Shown here: piece by piece, positions 46,599 through 57,327 of the stretch
Numbering within the stretch: position 1 is the first letter of the stretch
How the letters are laid out: each line of letters starts with the position of its first letter
From: Synergistaceae bacterium
GTDB taxonomy: Bacteria; Synergistota; Synergistia; Synergistales; Synergistaceae
Direction: 5' to 3'
NCBI GenBank assembly: GCA_031288335.1
Contig: JAITRO010000159.1
Span: 1 to 57,913, forward strand
Length of the DNA stretch: 57,913 nucleotides
Translations under genes and position numbers: made by a program
The notes under the pieces: model-generated
What the model saw: only the letters and a program-made list of their open reading frames with translations
The model's database searches: none
Told to the model about the DNA's origin: nothing

Positions 46599-47803
46599 GC
46601 CGCGGCGGAAAAACATGGTCGTTTGTGCTGGTCGCCGCCGGAAACGGAACCCGTATGGGCGGAGAGCCAAAGCAGTTCAGGAGACTGGGACAGTTCCCGA
46701 TGTGGAAATGGAGCGCGCGGATGGCGGATGAACTCCACGCGCAAGGCATGATCGACGAACTCGTGGTTGTCTTTCCCGCCGGATACGAGTCCATGTGGAA
46801 GGAAAACGCCTTTTCCGTCCCAACGTCTTACACCGTCGGCGGTCATACAAGGACCGAATCGGTGAGGAACGGTCTCGCGGTCTCCCGCTCCGAATTCGCG
46901 ATGATCCATGACGCGGCGCGGCCTTTCCTTCCCGCGTGGATATGCGAACGCCTCATGGAGACAGTCACGGAAGAAATCGGCGCCATTCCCCTCCTCGAAT
47001 CGCACGATTCCCTCAAGATGGTGGACGATGTGATAAGCGTCATTCCGAGGGAGAAAATTTTCCGCACACAGACGCCTCAGGCATTCAAAAAAAACGCGAT
47101 AATGGACGTCATCGATTCGGGGCCTTGCGGAGCGGCGGACGAAGCCGCGCTTTGGATAAGGGCCGGCAAAAAACTTGCGTCCGTCCCGGGTAGCCCCGCT
47201 AATTTTAAGATAACCAGCGATTTCGACTGGCTGACGGCCGGATCGATAGCGGAATCCGGCCGGATATCAAGGGTGGGAATGGGGTACGATGTGCACGAAC
47301 TCGTCCCCGGAAGAAAGCTCGTATTGGGTGGGCTCGCCATCGATGCCGAGCTTGGTCTTCTCGGACATTCCGACGCCGACATCGTGTGCCACGCCATTGC
47401 CGACGCCCTGCTCGGCGCGGCGGGAGAGGGCGACATCGGGACGATGTTTCCCGCGTCTGAGGAACGGCACAAAGGCGCGGACAGCATGGAACTTCTGAAA
47501 ACCGTCGTCGGACTGATCGCCGGCAAAGGCTGGAGCGTGGAGAACGTGGACGCCGTGCTGACGGCGCAGATTCCCCGTCTGGGCGATAAAACGGCGCGGA
47601 TCGTTTCCAACCTAACCCAACTGATGAGAACCTTTTGTCCTTACGCGGAAGTGAGCGTCAAAGTGAAATCCGGCGAGGGCATAGGCAGTGTTGGCAGGGC
47701 CGAGTGTATGCAATGTTACGCTGTGGCGCTGATCGAGAAATTCGTTTTCCCAAAAGAGCCGCACTGTTCGCGCCTCGCCGGAAATGAGGAGGAAAGACGA
47801 TGA
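46595..47803 (+). CDS. ispDF: Bifunctional IspD/IspF (MEP cytidylyltransferase / MEcPP synthase)
   Basis: VAAGNGTRMG (IspD), then GMGYDVHEL...GHSDADIVCHAIADALLGA (IspF). Confidence 0.95.
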   Translation: MSRGGKTWSFVLVAAGNGTRMGGEPKQFRRLGQFPMWKWSARMADELHAQGMIDELVVVFPAGYESMWKENAFSVPTSYTVGGHTRTESVRNGLAVSRSEFAMIHDAARPFLPAWICERLMETVTEEIGAIPLLESHDSLKMVDDVISVIPREKIFRTQTPQAFKKNAIMDVIDSGPCGAADEAALWIRAGKKLASVPGSPANFKITSDFDWLTAGSIAESGRISRVGMGYDVHELVPGRKLVLGGLAIDAELGLLGHSDADIVCHAIADALLGAAGEGDIGTMFPASEERHKGADSMELLKTVVGLIAGKGWSVENVDAVLTAQIPRLGDKTARIVSNLTQLMRTFCPYAEVSVKVKSGEGIGSVGRAECMQCYAVALIEKFVFPKEPHCSRLAGNEEERR

Positions 47804-48549
47804 AACCTGCCGCGAAAAGGTTTCTCCTGATTTCAGCCGCCTTCATAGCTCTGCTCACGGCGCTTTCGGCGTCGGCCGCGACGAATTTTTCATCATCATA
47901 CGTCCGCGAGGGAAAATTCATCCTGTGGAAGTTCGAGAATAAAACCGTATGGAGATTCCCGGAGGCGCAGGCCGCCGAGGTGTCGCGGCTGACGGAGAGG
48001 TTCAACGCGTTGTACGCGAAGGGTTTCAGGCTGAAAGAACTTCACGTGGCGAAGTCGGACGCCAAATGGTCGGTGTATATCGGCAAAAGGGCGCTTTATA
48101 CGGTATCGCCCGAATACGCGAAATCGTCCGGCCAGAATGCGAAGACAATAGCGCTTCGCATAATGTCCAAGATTTACGAGACCGTATGCGCCAAAAACGC
48201 GGCGAAGCTGACCAAAGAGCATCAGATAAAAGGAAAATATGAGGCGTTGGGCGCTGTGTCGTGGTACGGCGGCAAATTTATCGGAAGAAAGTTCGCCAAC
48301 GGTGAGAAGTTCACGGAAAGTCATCTCGCAGCGGCCGCTAAAACCTTGCCGTTTGGGACGCTTGTGCGCGTGACCGCCCCTTCCGGGAAAACGGTCGTCG
48401 TGCGCGTGACCGACCGCTTCAATGGTCATAAAAACCGCGTCCTGGATATTTCCGTGGCCGCCGCGGAACTGCTCGGCGTAAAATCCATCGGAATATGCTC
48501 CGCAAAAATCACTGTTATCGGAAGAGTGGATAAAATTGGAGGAAAATAA
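47800..48549 (+). CDS. rlpA: RlpA-like septal lytic transglycosylase (DPBB domain), secreted
   Basis: Signal peptide LLISAAFIALLTALSASA. DPBB block GAVSWYGGKFIGRKFANGEKFTESHLAAAAKTLPFGTLVRVT...VVVRVTDR. Confidence 0.85.
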   Translation: MKPAAKRFLLISAAFIALLTALSASAATNFSSSYVREGKFILWKFENKTVWRFPEAQAAEVSRLTERFNALYAKGFRLKELHVAKSDAKWSVYIGKRALYTVSPEYAKSSGQNAKTIALRIMSKIYETVCAKNAAKLTKEHQIKGKYEALGAVSWYGGKFIGRKFANGEKFTESHLAAAAKTLPFGTLVRVTAPSGKTVVVRVTDRFNGHKNRVLDISVAAAELLGVKSIGICSAKITVIGRVDKIGGK

Positions 48550-49924
48550 ACCGCGCACCGTGACCAGGTTCGCCCCTGCCCCGACCGGCTCACTTCATAT
48601 AGGAGGGGCACGTACGGCCCTCTTCAATTATCTTTGGGCCAGGCACAGCGGCGGCAGCTTCAAACTTCGTTTCGAGGATACGGACAGGACGAGATCGTCC
48701 GCGCAAAACGAGAGGGAGATACTGGACGACCTGAGATGGCTCGGCATCGAGCCGGAGGGGTTTGTTCTGCGCCAGACGTCCAGCTCGGAGAGACATTCCG
48801 CCGTGCTCGCCGAATTGATATCGCGCGGTTTTGTATACCCTTGTTTTTGCCCGGCGGCGGAGACGGCGGGCGAAAACAAGGTTTCCTCGTTTCACCGCTG
48901 CAGGGATCTCTCGCCGTCGGAAAGCGCGCGCAGGATTGCGGAAGGCGAGCCGCACTGTTTCAGGTTCAAGGTTGAACGGGGACGCGAATTCAGATTCACC
49001 GACCGGCTCAGGGGAGAGATGGCCGTTAAGGCGGATTCCATCGGCGATTTTACCGTCGCGAGGAGCGACGGCTCGGTGATGTACCTGATGGCCGCGGTCG
49101 TCGACGACCACGACACTGAGGTCTCCTGCGTCATACGCGGTGAGGAACATCTGCCGAACGTCCCCAAACAGGAGATGATCTACGAATCCATGGGATGGGA
49201 AAAGCCCGAATGGGTACATATCCCCATGATTTTGGACTCAAAAAGGCACAAACTCAGCAAACGGTCGGGCGCGATGTCAATCGGCGAGTACCGGGAACAG
49301 GGATGGGCTCCCCAGGCGCTCATCTCGTATCTCGCTACCTTGAGCTGGTAGGCGGCGCCGGCCGACAGGCTGGCTTCGCTGGAGGGACTGGCCGCGATGT
49401 TCGATCTCGACGCCGTGGCCCGTTTTTCCCCGGTGCACGACGAAGGGCGCATGGCGCATTTCGGCAAACTGCATATGGCCGATTTGACGGACGAATACCT
49501 GATCGGAGAATGCCGCGGTGTTTTAGGCAAATATGCCGGAGGATGTGTCAGCGAAACTGATAAAATATTTCTCGTGAGAGAGATGCGCGCCGCTTGTTCG
49601 ACCGTTCCCGAACTGGTCAGATCCATCGAAAACGAGCTGTCGTTCGGAAGCGAGGTTTTGGGCGAGGCCGCGCCGGCCTGGGCGCCCGCGTTTATGGAGC
49701 GCCTCGCGTCGATGTCCGAATCGGAATGGCGTTCGGATGCCATATTGAGCACGATCAAATCGTTCGCGGCCGAGAGGTACTTGAAGGGCAGAGAAATTTT
49801 TCATCCGGTCAGGATTTTTGCCACGGGTCATTCGCGCGGCGCTCCTATTGGCATTATACTATCCTGCATAGGGATGGAAGAGACGCTCGCGCGGATATCC
49901 CGTATGGCCCTTAGGCAAAACTAA
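48536..49924 (+). pseudogene. gltX: Glutamate--tRNA ligase GltX, full length but interrupted by one in-frame TAG (49349-49351)
   Basis: N-terminal part RFAPAPTGSLHIGGARTALFNYLWA (HIGH) and KLSKRSG (KMSKS), ending ...SYLATLSW-TAG. The same frame continues AAPADRLASLEGLAAMFDLDAVARFSPV... into the anticodon-binding domain, ending at 49924. Confidence 0.85.
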
Positions 49925-51412
<1,488 letters not shown>

Positions 51413-51921
51413 AAACGCGTTTTGTAATATAATGGGAGCCGGCAGGGATGCCGGGCAAAGGCGGAAGGCGGGAAATACATGGCTGTATTGGGCCTCTCTA
51501 AACGAGATAGAATGGTTGAGTACAATTGCATCGAACTTCTTCCCGATTTGGAGGATGACGTATTAGGTTCCGATGTGATAATACCGGCCATAGAGGAATC
51601 TTTTATAATGGGCCTGGAGGACTGGTGGCCGAGCTTCGTCATTGACGTGTGTCTATAAGGAAAAGTATCTTGGCATACTCCCACGACTAAGGTCGTGAGA
51701 TTCTAGAATCGACAGATCGACAAAGAATGCCGGACGGAGCCGGTCTTGCGTCTTCTTCCATGATGATGGATGTCCCCACCCGTTTTATATTTATAGCGGT
51801 GTTTATGTCTCTATTGTGTGCCGCGTTGTATTAAGGTAAACGCATCGGGAATTTACGGGAAAGATTCAGGGTTGAATTTTTAGTTAATAATGAGTTAAAA
51901 GAGAGCTAAAATTCATATTTA

Positions 51922-52182
51922 ATGGTAAGTGCATGGTGTAAGAATAACGAAATTGTGTTAGGTCAAATCAAAACAGACGCAAAATCAAACGAAATCACGC
52001 CCATACCCAAGCTTGTGAAATTATTAAATATTAAAGGAAGCACGATAACAATTGATGCTATGGGCTGCCAAAAAGAAATTGCCCAGAAAACATTAGATGC
52101 AGAGGCAGATTATGTTCTGCGTTTAAAGAGAAACCAAAAAAATACATTTGATTCGTTCAAAATCTTTTTGCGGATGGATTGA
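51922..52182 (+). mobile_element. ISAs1-family (H-repeat-associated) transposase internal fragment, truncated at both ends
   Basis: VSAWCKNNEIVLGQIKTDAKSNEITPIPKLVKLLNIKGSTITIDAMGCQKEIAQK...ADYVLRLKRNQKN matches the central DDE block of ISAs1 transposases. An upstream in-frame stop lies at 51907, and the frame ends just before the ankyrin gene's RBS. Confidence 0.75.
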
Positions 52183-52194
52183 AGGGAGATTATC

Positions 52195-52977
52195 ATGCGG
52201 AAGCGATTTTTTGCGTTGATTATATTTTGTTTCGTAGGTGCTTTTATGGATGAGCATGTTGCAGGTGCTATCTCAAGTATGGATGACTTTATTGAGCTAT
52301 GTATCACAGGAAAGCCTTTAGATATTAAGGCAGCCATAGAAAAAGGGGCGGACGTTAACGCCAGGGATAAAGACGGTTGGACGGTTTTGATGCTGGCTGC
52401 GGGAAGTAATGACGATCCTGAAGCGCTTGCCGTACTGATCAAGGCAGGAGCGGATGTAGAAGCGCGGGGCCAGGACGATTTTACAGCTTTGATGTGGGCT
52501 GCCATGAGTAACGGTAATCCTGAAGCAGTTATCGCGCTAATCGAGGCCGGAGCAGATATTGAGGCTAAAGACGCGTTTGGTTTAACGGCATTGATGTTGG
52601 CTGCTCATGAAAATGACAACCCTGAAGTGTTTTCCGTGTTGTTGAAGTGTGGAGCGAATCCTGATGTACGCAGCCAGGGAGGTCTGACAGTTTTGATGTG
52701 GGCAGCTAATAACAGCAATACCAAAGCACTTGAAACATTACTCAAAAAGGATATGGATATTGATGTTCAGGACGATAAAGGCCGGACTGCATTGATGATT
52801 GCCGCTATGGTGAATAATGCTCAGGCAATTGACCTGTTACTTGATAAAAACGTGAATGTCAATGTGCTGGACAAAAACGGAAAAAGAGCTATAGATTACG
52901 CTGGGGAAAGCATTGCATTGAAGAAAACGGAAGTATACCAAAGGCTTGAAAAACTTAGCCGCTTAATATCTCCTTAA
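52195..52977 (+). CDS. Secreted ankyrin-repeat protein (about 6 repeats)
   Basis: Signal-like MRKRFFALIIFCFVGAF, then repeated G.T.LM.AA....NPE....L...GAD....D units. Confidence 0.9.
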   Translation: MRKRFFALIIFCFVGAFMDEHVAGAISSMDDFIELCITGKPLDIKAAIEKGADVNARDKDGWTVLMLAAGSNDDPEALAVLIKAGADVEARGQDDFTALMWAAMSNGNPEAVIALIEAGADIEAKDAFGLTALMLAAHENDNPEVFSVLLKCGANPDVRSQGGLTVLMWAANNSNTKALETLLKKDMDIDVQDDKGRTALMIAAMVNNAQAIDLLLDKNVNVNVLDKNGKRAIDYAGESIALKKTEVYQRLEKLSRLISP

Positions 52978-53950
52978 ATTCGGGCAATGAATCAAATACG
53001 TCTATAATGATGGAAATAGTCACTCTCTCATGGTTATGCAGCCATAGATTTTTTATATATAAAGGAGGACTCATGGATGTTTCGACGGACATTATGAGTT
53101 TTTTGGAAATTCCCTTCGCCAGAGCAATAGGCCAAAGATAATAAACCCTGTTATTATTTTTCCTTATATCCGGGATACATCTGAAATATTTGGTTAAGGT
53201 ATCGACGTATATTTTTTCTACGAGTACGAACGAAATACCCCTTGGCCTTATAAGGCGGTTGTAAATTCTGACTGTAACTATATTTCCCTTTTCATCTATA
53301 TCAAAATTGCAAGATACTCCATTTTTATAATATTGATATGAGTCAATTTTTCGGTCTTTATCCATTTGTCTTGTAGATTCGCGAGGTGTTTTAACATGTT
53401 CGAGGATTTCGCCTATCCTTTCCAAAGATGGTTTGTTTTCCATAAGCGCCTGCTCGACTTGCCTGACAGATATTCTGATATTTTTAGCGTAATTAGGTAT
53501 CGAAGTTGCATATATTAAATATATCAAAAGTAGCATAATCAAAATGGATCCGCTTCTGGAGGCGCCTCCTCCCGTGTTGCTTGCCGCACTGCGGCCAAAT
53601 ACAAGGAGCGGAAATGCGGCTGGAGGGAATATAACAATCAGTAACCACCAAAGAATCGGAACAGCGCTAGTTTTTCCCCGCGATAACATTGTCCAGTTCG
53701 CTAAACAAACGCGCATACACAACGAAAAGCCGCCTATAATACGCCCAGTAATGGCATAATAAACATTGGAAAATGCAGGAAAAATTTCAAAATAATTTAA
53801 AATAACAACAATATTAACAGCAAATACAATTATCCATTGCCACAAAATACGAGTGGAAAATTTATCCTTAGACAAAGGAAATTTAGATAAAAAGGCGGTA
53901 TTTTGTTGCTGCGCCGCCTTTTGTAAATTTATAGATAGATTATTGCCCAT
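52955..53950 (-). CDS. Hypothetical membrane protein (about 4 TM segments plus a ~180-aa soluble C-terminal domain)
   Basis: 331-aa AT-rich ORF with hydrophobic segments (ILWQWIIVFAVNIVVIL, ILWWLLIVIFPPAAFPLLVF, ILIMLLLIYLIYA). No family recognised. Its 3' end overlaps the ankyrin gene's 3' end by 23 nt. Confidence 0.6.
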   Translation of the reverse strand: MGNNLSINLQKAAQQQNTAFLSKFPLSKDKFSTRILWQWIIVFAVNIVVILNYFEIFPAFSNVYYAITGRIIGGFSLCMRVCLANWTMLSRGKTSAVPILWWLLIVIFPPAAFPLLVFGRSAASNTGGGASRSGSILIMLLLIYLIYATSIPNYAKNIRISVRQVEQALMENKPSLERIGEILEHVKTPRESTRQMDKDRKIDSYQYYKNGVSCNFDIDEKGNIVTVRIYNRLIRPRGISFVLVEKIYVDTLTKYFRCIPDIRKNNNRVYYLWPIALAKGISKKLIMSVETSMSPPLYIKNLWLHNHERVTISIIIDVFDSLPEFKEILSG

Positions 53951-54048
53951 CTGTTGTTGATATAATTCCTTTGGGTTTCGGTTAACGAATTCTCAGTCCA
54001 TAAATCTGCCAAGGCCAAGTAGTCTGTTATGGATTTAGTTAATGCCAT
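53929..54048 (-). CDS. Candidate 39-aa small ORF overlapping the start of the membrane-protein gene
   Basis: GGAGG, 7 nt, then ATG (54048). Translation is MALTKSITDYLALADLWTENSLTETQRNYINNRWAIIYL. The stop overlaps the ATG at 53950 of the downstream gene. Too short for the ORF track. Confidence 0.25.
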   Translation of the reverse strand: MALTKSITDYLALADLWTENSLTETQRNYINNRWAIIYL

Positions 54049-54209
54049 CTAAAAACCTCCCTTAAAAATACCGGATTTTTGTAGTAGTAGTTAGTTTTTA
54101 AACACGCCCTGAGTATATGTGGAAGAGTTAGCAAGAAATCAGTATTATTAATGATTATTAGAGCAGTTGGTACCTTACGGATACACTTCATCAATAAAAA
54201 ACAAAAATA

Positions 54210-54395
54210 TTAAGCAGCCAATTTCGACAAATCGCTGACTTTTGCTACAAGGAACTGATTCAAAGAAGCCGTCAAAAGTCTCCCCTTGCCGGTAAGCATG
54301 TACTTATGCTGCTTCGGGAGTTTTTTATTAATCCATGCTCTCGCAAAAGACGGAGATGACGGCTAATCCGAGAAGCTAATTTGCGGCCTTCAAGA
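54210..54395 (-). pseudogene. C-terminal tail remnant of a DDE transposase (family uncertain), frameshifted in an A6 run
   Basis: The minus strand reads ...GRKLASRISRHLRLLREHGLIK, then a frameshift at 54321-54326, then (K)LPKQHKYMLTGKGRLLTASLNQFLVAKVSDLSKLAA-stop. This is the RLR.HGLIKK....KY.LT..G tail I recall from IS4/IS1380-like transposases. Confidence 0.4.
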
Positions 54396-54603
54396 CCTTT
54401 CGCCCCATCTGTTTTACAAAGCACCTTTTGAAGATGATACACTCTTGTTTACCTGGATTCCCAAATCATAACTATGTTGGAAGTTTTATGCCGAGTGCTT
54501 CGTGATAACGATTTCCAATGATAACGACGATTAATCGAACAACTGCTTTTAAAAAAAAGACGCAAAACGCGCAGTTGAAACATATGGCTTAGTCACAGAG
54601 GTA

Positions 54604-54626
54604 CTGCCCGGCAAAAAGCCGGGCAG
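54604..54626. terminator. Perfect 9-bp hairpin immediately 3' of the hemerythrin-CheX gene
   Basis: CTGCCCGGC-aaaaa-GCCGGGCAG. No clear U-tract on the minus strand; ATTT follows on the plus strand. Confidence 0.4.
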
Positions 54627-54629
54627 ATT

Positions 54630-55478
54630 TCAATTGACCGACAGGAGCACCTGCATGCTGCCCGCCTTCGTTTGAAGGTGAAAACCCTCGAATCCAAGCG
54701 TGTCGATCTTGTCGGTCATAAGCGTCGGCGTTGTGATATCACAGGCTTTCCCTCCGCTCGACATCATTACTGTAGCTTTTCCTCCGATGATGTTCGATGT
54801 CTCGGCCATTGCCGAGTGGGCAATTTCATCGAGCCCATCCATCTCTTTAGCTATCAGCGATTTTATCACCGAGCGTGCGAAAGCGGACGAGTAGGCAAAT
54901 ATCGCCTTGCCGGCGAGATCTCCGATAAGCCCTATTGAAAATGATATGTCCCCGTTGAAATCTCTCTTGGGTGGCAGCGTTTTCTTGATATCGTCCTGTT
55001 TCACGCCAATCATGGCCTCAACCACGTTGAGCGAGCTGGAGAGGAAGCTCTCCAGACAGGTCATGATGGACTCGTTGACATTGTGCGGTTTTTTGCCGAC
55101 GATTTTTTGGTCGGTTTCGGCGACGTGATAGTTCAGCCATGCGACCAGCGAGCCCGAAAACGCTCTGACTACTTTCATGTCGTAGTCCGATTCGATCATC
55201 CTTTTGGCGAAGTTGTCGACGGTCATGACAAATCTCTTGTGCTGCAGTTTGTGCGCCTCTATATCCGCATATCCGATAGATGCCTGATATTCTTCCTCGG
55301 ACTGGAAGTGTTTCACCGTATAATCGTACAGAAAACTTATGGCGTCGGCGCACTCTTTTCTATAATCTCCGTGTTTGCTGTCATCTATCACCTGCAGCAG
55401 GCTATCGACCATTTCGAAAAGCTGTTGGTGCTGATTATCGATCGTCTCAACTCCCAGACGATATTCCTCTTTCCACAT
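54630..55478 (-). CDS. Hemerythrin-domain / CheX-like CheY-P phosphatase fusion protein
   Basis: N-terminus has IDNQHQQLFE, HFQSEEE, HKLQH and YHVAETDQK (the full His/Glu/Asp ligand pattern). The C-terminus GDISFSIGLIGDLAGKAIFAYSSAFARSVIKSLIAKEMDGLDEIAHSAMAETSNIIGGKA...DITTPTL aligns with CheX, including the E-x2-N pair. Confidence 0.85.
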   Translation of the reverse strand: MWKEEYRLGVETIDNQHQQLFEMVDSLLQVIDDSKHGDYRKECADAISFLYDYTVKHFQSEEEYQASIGYADIEAHKLQHKRFVMTVDNFAKRMIESDYDMKVVRAFSGSLVAWLNYHVAETDQKIVGKKPHNVNESIMTCLESFLSSSLNVVEAMIGVKQDDIKKTLPPKRDFNGDISFSIGLIGDLAGKAIFAYSSAFARSVIKSLIAKEMDGLDEIAHSAMAETSNIIGGKATVMMSSGGKACDITTPTLMTDKIDTLGFEGFHLQTKAGSMQVLLSVN

Positions 55479-55563
55479 GACAATACCTCCCAGATCGGAT
55501 TTCGTTTATCAAGCAACAGTTTCTATAAAAATCAAAATCACTCTTTTGGATGTGAGCGACGAT

Positions 55564-55572
55564 ATTATATCA
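55564..55572 (-). promoter_or_regulatory. Candidate extended -10 promoter element (TGaTATAAT) for the hemerythrin-CheX gene
   Basis: The reverse complement of 55564-55572 reads TGATATAAT, about 85 nt upstream of the ATG at 55478. No good -35 element. Confidence 0.3.
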
Positions 55573-55668
55573 TCAAACTACCTCATGGCTGCCTTGTGCT
55601 TGGAGAATCGCCAGACAGACGCATGAAATTTTCCAGTTTATTGCAGAGCGTGCACACTTGATTCATAA

Positions 55669-55770
55669 CGATTTGTAATAGCGGAAAACGCCATCGCCAT
55701 GAAAATACCAATCAGCCAAATTGAGCAATTGACTGGATTTACCGAAGCGCAGATTGAAAAATTGAAATGA
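55669..55770 (+). pseudogene. C-terminal tail remnant of an Rpn/YhgA-like (PD-(D/E)XK) putative transposase
   Basis: The frame reads RFVIAENAIAMKIPISQIEQLTGFTEAQIEKLK-stop. This matches the characteristic ...I..IaeiTGLs.eeIekL ending of that family. A stop lies immediately upstream. Confidence 0.45.
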
Positions 55771-55779
55771 TAACTAGTG

Positions 55780-57327
55780 TCAACACGACCTAGATGCCAG
55801 GCTTTCTTTTAAACATTGCAGATTAAAAGCAAACCATTTATCATAAAAATTGCTTGAAGAAAATATTTCCCGCAAATCAACCGGGAAACCGACTTTTTTC
55901 CGCGCGATTATTTCCTTTGGCACAATATTGCTGAAAATACGCTTAAGGGGAGCTTTCACACTGTCGCCCGCGCGAAATTCATATGAAACTCCAGCCATAC
56001 GCTCCACAAGGCGAATATCGCAAAAAGGTTCCCTTGCTTCCACCGAGCATAACATAGTTGAATTGTCTAAACGACGCAAAAGACCGTGCAGATGGGCTGT
56101 TTGAAAAAATGCCGCCACAATCCATATGGGCTTCTTATACTTATAATAAGGTGCTATAACGCTTTCAACAATTTCCAAATCTTCTTCAGAACCATATGAG
56201 TACAATTCTGAAAATTTTCCCAAATCGAACTCCGCTGTTTTGGCAGCCCAACGGAATATCCTGTCATAACCGAAAAACAGCTCGTCTGCGCCTTCTCCAG
56301 AGAGGATGACGGTATTTTTTTCTTTGACTTTTTGTGTCATTTTATATAGCAAGACCTCATTCGGGACAGACAAAGGTTCCTTACGTACTTTTATAATCCT
56401 TTCAGCATCTTTCAAAAAACTGTCTTTGTCCGCCACCACTTCGTGATGTAACGAGCCGATTGCCTCAGCCGCTATTCGTCCCCACTCAAATTCGTTTTCT
56501 TGCTCGAAACCTACTGTCCAAGTATGAAGCTCTTTTGTCAAGGCCGCGACAATAGTGGAATCCAAGCCGCCGGACAGATAACTTCCGACTGGTACGTCGG
56601 ACATTTTCCTAATCTCAACTGCCGATACAATCAAATCACGCAATTCTTCATCGGACGGGGGACTTTGTTCATTATCAGGCAGTGCCCAATATTTTTTGAT
56701 GCTGCCATTTTCCATAAAAGCTCCAGCAGGGAACATTTTAATTTCATTGTATATCGTGTGATCGTTAAAGAACGTGCGCATTTTTTTATACTGCCGCACT
56801 CCCACAGGGTCTATTGTAACTTTCCCGCTAAGCAAAGAAACAACCGCATTTATTTCGCTTGACAAAATTATGTCTTCTCCTGTCTTGGCGTAATATAGCG
56901 GTTTTACTCCAAGCCTGTCTCTCGCGGCAAAAAAACTTTCCCCCCAAACGTCATATATGACATAAGCAAACATACCGTTCAATTCTTCAAGAACCTTTGT
57001 GAAGCCGATTTTTAGGCTTAGCGACAAAAGCAATTCCGAATCGCAGCTCGTTCGCATTTTTATTCCGTGAGTTCTCGCTAATTCTTTGTAATTATATATT
57101 TCCCCATTAAAAACCAGTGAATATCGCTTATCCACAGAGAGAAACGGTTGGTTTGCTTCCGTGCTTAAATCAATAATGCTCAATCTGTTATGCCCCAACA
57201 TTACGTTCCCATATTCGCTAAAACATAATGGCGCGTCTGGGCCGCGATGTTTCATTTCAGATAACCCCGATAAAAACATATCCTTTGTGATGTGTCCTCC
57301 GGTTGTGAAAAGCAATCCACAAGCCAT
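55780..57327 (-). CDS. Asparagine synthase (glutamine-hydrolysing) family amidotransferase
   Basis: N-terminal Ntn-type CGLLF...HRGPD...LGHNRLSIIDL...NGEIYNY and the PP-loop YLSGGLDST. GAGGAGG abuts ATG 57336 and lies 9 nt from ATG 57327, so the likely N-terminus is M-A-C-G. Confidence 0.9.
   Translation of the reverse strand: MACGLLFTTGGHITKDMFLSGLSEMKHRGPDAPLCFSEYGNVMLGHNRLSIIDLSTEANQPFLSVDKRYSLVFNGEIYNYKELARTHGIKMRTSCDSELLLSLSLKIGFTKVLEELNGMFAYVIYDVWGESFFAARDRLGVKPLYYAKTGEDIILSSEINAVVSLLSGKVTIDPVGVRQYKKMRTFFNDHTIYNEIKMFPAGAFMENGSIKKYWALPDNEQSPPSDEELRDLIVSAVEIRKMSDVPVGSYLSGGLDSTIVAALTKELHTWTVGFEQENEFEWGRIAAEAIGSLHHEVVADKDSFLKDAERIIKVRKEPLSVPNEVLLYKMTQKVKEKNTVILSGEGADELFFGYDRIFRWAAKTAEFDLGKFSELYSYGSEEDLEIVESVIAPYYKYKKPIWIVAAFFQTAHLHGLLRRLDNSTMLCSVEAREPFCDIRLVERMAGVSYEFRAGDSVKAPLKRIFSNIVPKEIIARKKVGFPVDLREIFSSSNFYDKWFAFNLQCLKESLASRSC

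Noticed and set aside
49349-49351. Genome-wide TAG reassignment or pyrrolysine as the explanation for the amber codon in gltX
   Set aside because: TAG is used as a normal stop in this window (the PilY1-like gene at 8776-78, ybaB at 45244-46, ribE at 41332-34). No pyl genes or PYLIS-like context are visible.
51413-51921. tRNA gene or att-type direct repeat marking the island's left border
   Set aside because: No cloverleaf-compatible sequence or T-loop (GTTCRANYC) was seen by eye. Only short hairpins are present (AAAACGCGTTTT; GCCGGCA-ggga-TGCCGGC). A tRNAscan run would settle it.
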